DNA from: Octopus vulgaris
Taxonomy: Eukaryota
NCBI GenBank assembly: GCA_951406725.2
Contig: OX597825.1
Coordinates: forward strand, 88,722,001-88,786,000
DNA: 64,000 nt
Reading direction: 5' to 3'
In this document: one piece after another, positions 57,553 to 64,000 of the stretch
How positions within the stretch are numbered: the stretch's first letter is position 1
Layout: the number at the start of each line of letters is the position of its first letter
Program-made: the position numbers and the translations under genes
Notes under the pieces: model-generated
The model's input: the letters and a program-made list of their open reading frames with translations, nothing else
Databases searched by the model: none
What the model was told of the DNA's origin: nothing

Positions 57553-58916
57553 TCACTTACCTGTCCTTTTGTTTTCACTGTCACCTGAATGTTCATTCCC
57601 AATACGAAGACCATCCATATCCATTCTTACTCCGAAACTGTCCTCCATATATTCCACGAATTCATCGCTCATTCTTGTATCTTTCACCTCCCAATTCTCC
57701 CTTTCACACCTCAACACAAACTCATCTATATTCTTCTTTTCCAGCACTGCATATCTGGTCCCATCCATTTCATACCATTCATACTCCTCCATTACCCTTT
57801 CAACCTCTTTCTGTTCAGTCACAATATAAATGTTCGGCCTGGGTTCGTTTTCAAACTCTTGTCTGTCTGTATTGTTATTTTTCTTTTGTTTTCTTGTTGG
57901 AGGGGAGCGGGTGGGTTCACTGTCTGCAGGGGAAGGGTGGGATTCAGAGGGTGCGGGTGGTGTTGGGGTGGGTTGGGGCTTCGCACAGTTTTTCTTTTTC
58001 TTTCTTTTTCTCTTTTTTCTTCCTTCTTCCCACTCTTGTTGCATCTCCTCTTCTTCTGTCGTTTCTTTTTCCCTTTGGTTCTCTTTGGTTTCTTCCTCTT
58101 TTGGGGCTTCCGCGACGATTTCCTTTTCTTTTTCCTTTAGTGGTGGAGGGCAGTAGGCTCTTATGTGACCCCTCATGCCACACTTGTAGCACCTGGGCGC
58201 CCTACCCTCCACCCACACTCTCATAATAATATTTCCAGTTTTTATACTGTCCGTAAGCTTTTCTATTACTTCCGCCTCCGTCTGTATGTTCATTTCTAGT
58301 GTGGCACCTCTCACGCCTTCATATTTCATAATGGCGTGGAGGATGTCCACTTTATCTTCATTTCCTTTGATAACCGCAGCCGTTATTAATTCGCCCTCTA
58401 GGTGTGGAGGTATTCCTTCCACCCTAATTCTGGTGGTCCTTCTATTCAAATACGAGGGAACAAGTAAAACTTTTCTGTACTCACCACCTTGGCTGCTATA
58501 TTCCTGGCTGCTTTCTCACTTTTAAATTGTACCGTTATGGTTCCATATTCTAATCCTTTTGTCATGTACACAATTTCTTCTCCTGTCCGTTTGAAAGCCT
58601 CTTCAATTGCTTCCATGTTAATCACTTCCATTTTTCTACCTCCATTCATAAATACTTTATATTTAATGGTTCTACGATGGAACCAGTCTCCGCGCCCTGC
58701 TAGAGGCAACAGCTCAACCTCTCCGTTCTCCTCCTCCTTCATGAACTCCTGGAAGTCCGTCAACTTAGCCAGGTCTATCTCTTTTTCTGTTGACTTCTTC
58801 GTTATACCTGCATAGGTGCTTTCCATTTTTTTCACCGCCAACTCCTCCTCAGATGTCGACGAATTTTCAGAGAAATTTCTCCCTTCCATCTCATCCGTTT
58901 GGTAGAGGCGGCTCAT
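57553..58916 (-). CDS. Gag/ORF1-like nucleic-acid-binding protein (~455 aa) split by one frameshift near 58455
   Basis: ORFs 58446..59027 and 57553..58449 join as LFPSYLNRRTT if one base is added; RRM-like region, CYKCGMRGHIRAYC (CX2CX4HX4C), K/E-rich and basic NLS-like linker; CpG-rich 5' UTR; AATAAA near 57415. Confidence 0.75.
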
Positions 58917-59897
58917 AGTCGCCTCAGACCGAAAAACGGCCTCCCGAACAGAAAACGTGCGACGCACAGAACCAGTGCGACGCGAAACCGCACCAACCGA
59001 CGTTCCAATTCCGCAACCACAATTCACTTTTTGTTGTTTTTTCTTTTTTAACCGAATTTTACAGAGCGCAAAAAAACGCGACCTTTTTTCTCTACATTGT
59101 ATACTTTATAGACAATAGTCTTTTCTTTAATTTAATTTTTTATTATCCATCTGGACTATTCCAGTTCTGCACGCTAATTTTATTTTTAATTTATTCCCAT
59201 TCATGTGAAACCACTTATTCAAGTTCAAGTCATTCATGCAATTTTATACCAATTGCTATTTTTACTTTTGTTATGTTACGATTAAATTATACTTTAGTTT
59301 GATTTTAATTATTACTTACTACATATAATTCAATTGTTATTATTATTGTTAAAGTGAAAGTATCTGATATAAAATAGAGAAATGTTTTTGTTTCACTTTT
59401 AACACGTAATATGAAATAGTGGAGAAGATATGATATTGCTATGGGCTCGCTCTAGGCAAGAAGTTGAACATTTTTTTTTGCCCATGAAACTACATGGACC
59501 CTAAGTAAGGCATGTAAAATTTGAATGAAATTGGTTGTGTATTTCTCAAGTTTTCGGGAAACACACAGACAGACAGACATTCTCAGTTTTATATATATAA
59601 AGATATGTGTCAAGTAAAGAACTCACACGAGCTAACGTAGTGTATATATTAGAAATAGATGTTAAATGCTGTTTTCAACTGAAGATCGCAAAGTATGTTT
59701 CTCATGCAATGCGTGAAATCAATTGGTATTGAAATATACATTAGATATCGGTGTATTCAAAGCAAAGCTAAACCTATTTCTGAAATGCTCATGGTATTGC
59801 TCGTGTGTATGTCTATCGTAATTTTTATGGTGGTTTTTGTAGCAATGGCTCTGATTTTAGCAAGTGATATTATATACCCTACCTAATCTTAAATTAG

Positions 59898-59963
<66 letters not shown>

Positions 59964-60008
59964 AATATGTATATAAATACATAGTGAAACTAACAGAAAT
60001 GTAACTTA

Positions 60009-60056
<48 letters not shown>

Positions 60057-60079
60057 CAGTAATTGAAACTACTATATAA

Positions 60080-60240
60080 TAGTGAAGGTATCACTTTACA
60101 ATTGAGATGATATTCTTTCACTTTTGACACGTAATACGGAAACAGCATAAGAGATTAGTCCGGGCTCCTATTAGGCAATAAGTTGAAAATATTTTGGGCC
60201 CATGACACTGCATAGCCCCTAAGTGAAACATGCGTAAAAT
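60080..60240 (-). mobile_element. Helitron internal fragment
   Basis: Diverged direct match to 59352-59520. Confidence 0.55.
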
Positions 60241-60630
60241 TGTTTCAGTCATTTTACTGCGAACATTCTGGAGCACTGCCTTAAAGGGTTTCTTTAGTCG
60301 AAGAAATTGATCCCAGGACTTATTTTATATAAGCCAAGTACTTGTTCAATACGTCTCTTTTGACGAACAACTAAGTTCCGGAGGCTAAAGACCAACATCG
60401 GTTGTCAAGTGATGGTATGGGGACAAATACAAGCACAAAGACAAACACATATAAATGTATATATCAATATATATACGGCGGGGCTCTTACAGTTTCCGTC
60501 CCCCAAATCTACTCACAAGGCTTCGGTCGGCCCGTGGTTATAGTAGAAGATACTCCCCCAAGATGCCATGCAGTGTGACTGAACCCGGAACCATGTGGTC
60601 GGGAAGCAAGATCCTTATCACAGAGCCACT
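60241..60630 (-). mobile_element. tRNA-derived SINE
   Basis: Reverse complement of the 1376-1715 family. Confidence 0.8.
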
Positions 60631-61200
60631 TTTATTTGTTTCTCAGTCTCTCGCTTCTGTAATTTATCACCTTATTCCGCCATTTATAGTTTCTAAAGAA
60701 TTGAGGACCTTTGCTTCCATTTATTCATTCATTTTCTCCCCGTCAACTTTACAAGTGCTTTTGATTTATATGAAATTACATGTAGATTACATTGCTGAAT
60801 TGTGTCCATAATTTATAGAGATCAAATCCTTTCTATCATTTCTCGTTTTTACCGTGGTTTAGATTCTTATTTTATGAATAGTAACTATTGAGCGTCGGTT
60901 GTGTTTTATGATGGCCAACTCATACTTAAAATGGCTTTCTTTGACTTTCCAGATGTAAGCCTTTCGTGATTCTTTTTCTATCGACAGTAAACGTAATCTG
61001 TAACGTTGTGCTGTACCACTGAGCTGCATAGAAATCACTCATCCATTCGCAATATATTCAATATTCTCTTATTTTCCATGACATTTCAAGCATTATCGAT
61101 ATATCTTTCAGAAATATCGGTTCTTGTCATCCCAAATACAGGGATGTTTCTATATTTTCTCAGCAATTCAATTAGTTTTGTTGTTGTAGTGCATAGCTCT

Positions 61201-61342
61201 TTCTCTTTCACTCGTTTCAGTCATTTGGGGCCATGCTGAAGCACCGCCTTTAGTCGAGCAAATCAATCCCCGGACATTCTTTATACGCCTAGTACTTATG
61301 CAATCGGTCTCTTTTGCCGAACCACTAGGTTACGGGGACGTA
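61201..61342 (-). mobile_element. SINE 3' half
   Basis: GTTTCAGTCA...CCATGCTGAAGCACCGCC. Confidence 0.75.
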
Positions 61343-61737
61343 TCGAAGAAATTAATGGTTTTTCGTATTACGTTTATTGTCTCGCTGAGTTTTCCATTTA
61401 TTAATTGTTAAATTTGCAAAAACATATTTTATCAATGCTCATCTAACTCTATTACTGATCACACCCATTTACTGAGCACCACGCTAGATTAAAATCTTGT
61501 TCATGTTGGATTCTGTGAATGCTTATTAAGATGAAACTCAATATTTAGCCCTCAATCGTCGCCTCTTTCCGTAGTTTTTCGTTTTTACTTCGGTTTCACT
61601 GTTAGTTTTGGAGATGTCTGGAACATATTTTCATTTAGTTTCTCAAAAGATTAATATTCAGACATGATCTCTCTATGGGAATAAATAGGAAACTATTCTC
61701 TAATACCAAGTTGTTTGTCAGAAGCCTTAACGCTGTT

Positions 61738-61835
61738 CTATTACTACTACTACTACTACTAATACCACCGCTACTACTACCACCACCACCACCACCACTA
61801 CCACTACTACTACTACTACTACCACTACTACAACA
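61738..61835. repeat. (CTA)n/(CCA)n microsatellite
   Basis: Direct sequence. Confidence 0.9.
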
Positions 61836-63319
61836 ATTACAACAAATAAGCATAATACTATTATTTAATATGATATTCATAGTGTAACTACGATTTAGAT
61901 GGTGATGGTATCAGATGACAATCCATTTGTTACGAGCTTAGGGTATTTGGTCAACAGACGTTTGAATATTCATTGAGAGAATCGTTTTTCTTTATTTTTC
62001 TGTGTTTTACGTTAATACATCATAAACCATTGCAGCTGCAACCATACCTTCACAAACGGTTCACTCCTTTTCAATTTGATTTTTTTTTTGTCATACCTGA
62101 TTAATAAAATATTTCTTTTCTTCGACAATGCATTTAAAGCGACTGCGTTGTTAGGATTCTAGTTCCTTCCTTTCATCATTCACGCATATTTTTATTCATT
62201 AAAATAAAACTAGCTTCTTTTCCTCTGAAATTAAATATGGTATCCTAGTCGTAAAGGATTTGATTGTATGCTCTTTAATTTCTTTTTTGGTTTACTATCA
62301 CCTTCCATATATTTTAGCATCTTGTTTTTTTTTTATCGACTACCAGTTTGCATCGAGTGCAATTATAGAAGTTTAGTTTTTTACCACTATACTTTTAGGA
62401 TTTTCAAAGCATTCACATACGTTACAATTGAAATTTTATTATATCTTGGTAGAAAATTAGTAATGCACGACATCAGGGGAAATAGGAATGGCACAGACGA
62501 GTGGAAACAGAATTACCTGAGAAATTCAGAAGGATTACAAGGATGTAATAGAAAGACTGAGATCAAAGTGACTTAATTTCTTGCAATATTTTTCCTGTAA
62601 TCCATTTCCGAATATTAATCATGAGCAATGCTACAGCAAACACGTGATGAGAAAAACACAAATTTTACAACTTGTGATATAAACACGGCGATGTTACGCT
62701 TTACATTGACTCACGAAGGTCGGTGTAAGCTGTCACAGCACACGCAACCGTGTGCTGCCATCTATTGATGTGCTACAGAATTCGTCTGGGAACCTTATGA
62801 TACCATCTTGTATTTGATTAATCTTCCTGTTTTGATCAATATTTTTAATCCTTGTTTCTTTAGTAAATATTAGAAACAATTAGAGAATTCTCTTAATTGT
62901 TCTATTCACTAATTCTATATCTTCTTGGCGAACTTAAATTTAGGTCTCCGAATTAACAATCAATACCGTACAATCAGTCATGTCGTTATAATAATATTTT
63001 CTGCAATTTGATGTCATTTGTTCTGATTTCCGTTTTAACCTAGAAAATTTCGATAATTACTATTCCACTTTTTCCTTTTATCACAAATATTCTTCTGCAA
63101 ATTCTATCTCATATCTCTACAGCACAAGAATATTGCAGTTTTTTTCTTGTCGTATAGATTCATATAGATAATCTCAGTTAATAGTATAAGACTATAAGAT
63201 AATACTATAAGACTATATCTTTCAAAAAATATTAGAAAGAACGTGCTGACAATGCCTTCACGAACACTTAGCAGGTCTAACTCTTGACGCCCTTCTTCAA
63301 CACACATTATGTATGCCGT

Positions 63320-63498
63320 AATATATATATATATATATGATATATATATATATGGTATCTATATGATATATATATATATATATTATCTAGATATATCATT
63401 TATAGATATATCATATATAGATATATCATATAGATATATCATATAGATATATCATATATAGATATATCATATAGATATATGTATATCTATGATATATA

Positions 63499-63539
<41 letters not shown>

Positions 63540-63553
63540 CTATGATATATATA

Positions 63554-63591
<38 letters not shown>

Positions 63592-63605
63592 CTATGATAT
63601 ATATA

Positions 63606-63685
<80 letters not shown>

Positions 63686-63709
63686 CTATATGTATATCTA
63701 TGATACATA

Positions 63710-63773
<64 letters not shown>
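63320..63773. repeat. (TA)n tract with a 13 bp ATAGATATATCAT higher-order unit
   Basis: Direct sequence. Confidence 0.9.
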
Positions 63774-63774
<1 letters not shown>

Positions 63775-64000
63775 CGTATTCGTTTGAGTCATCTGTGTAT
63801 CCAATTCCGAGCGATAGTTTTGCCTGGATTGTCGGGAATAGATATTGTTTTTGGAAAATTATTTCCTGCCTCAGTAGTCATATTTTAAAATAACATCTAA
63901 AATTTAACAGAGTCCCGAAAAACCTATTTATGTTAAGTATATGTGGTTTTTTAAATGTTTTTGTATTGTTGTATTAAGCATGGTATGTGGTGTGATTACA

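Larger units (their letters stand above)
56915..59603 (-). mobile_element. Composite non-autonomous Helitron containing Gag-like elements
   Basis: A|CTAG plus hairpin GACCCG-TCGTTGC-CGGGTC at 56915; (CAGA)n...CAGTTTTATATATATAAAGA|T at 59603, similar to the 3232 end. Confidence 0.65.

Noticed and set aside
57519-58815. Plus-strand hydrophobic ORFs overlapping the gag gene
   Set aside because: Antisense shadows of purine-rich coding sequence
61635-61887. Poly-S/G and poly-L/P ORFs
   Set aside because: Trinucleotide microsatellite

Overview
AT-rich eukaryotic DNA, almost entirely repeat-derived, with no host gene I can support. The tRNA-headed SINE families and dense (TA)n/(TACA)n/(TAA)n tracts suggest an octopus or related cephalopod genome (inference). 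Contents: CR1/L2-type, RTE-type and R4/Dong-type (restriction-like endonuclease) LINE fragments; several Penelope-like element (PLE) fragments, some with minimal type I hammerhead ribozymes; non-autonomous Helitrons including a 3-copy tandem array; mariner, Tigger and hAT remnants; several long fold-back palindromes. The most interesting items are (1) a family of apparently ORF1/Gag-only non-LTR elements at two loci (15.2-17.3 kb and 57.1-59.1 kb), arranged head-to-tail, one nearly intact and lying inside a Helitron, and (2) PLE hammerheads, one with the compensatory U3:A8 core. Most ORFs in the supplied track are microsatellite artefacts. Family names come from motif recognition only, and boundaries of old elements are approximate.
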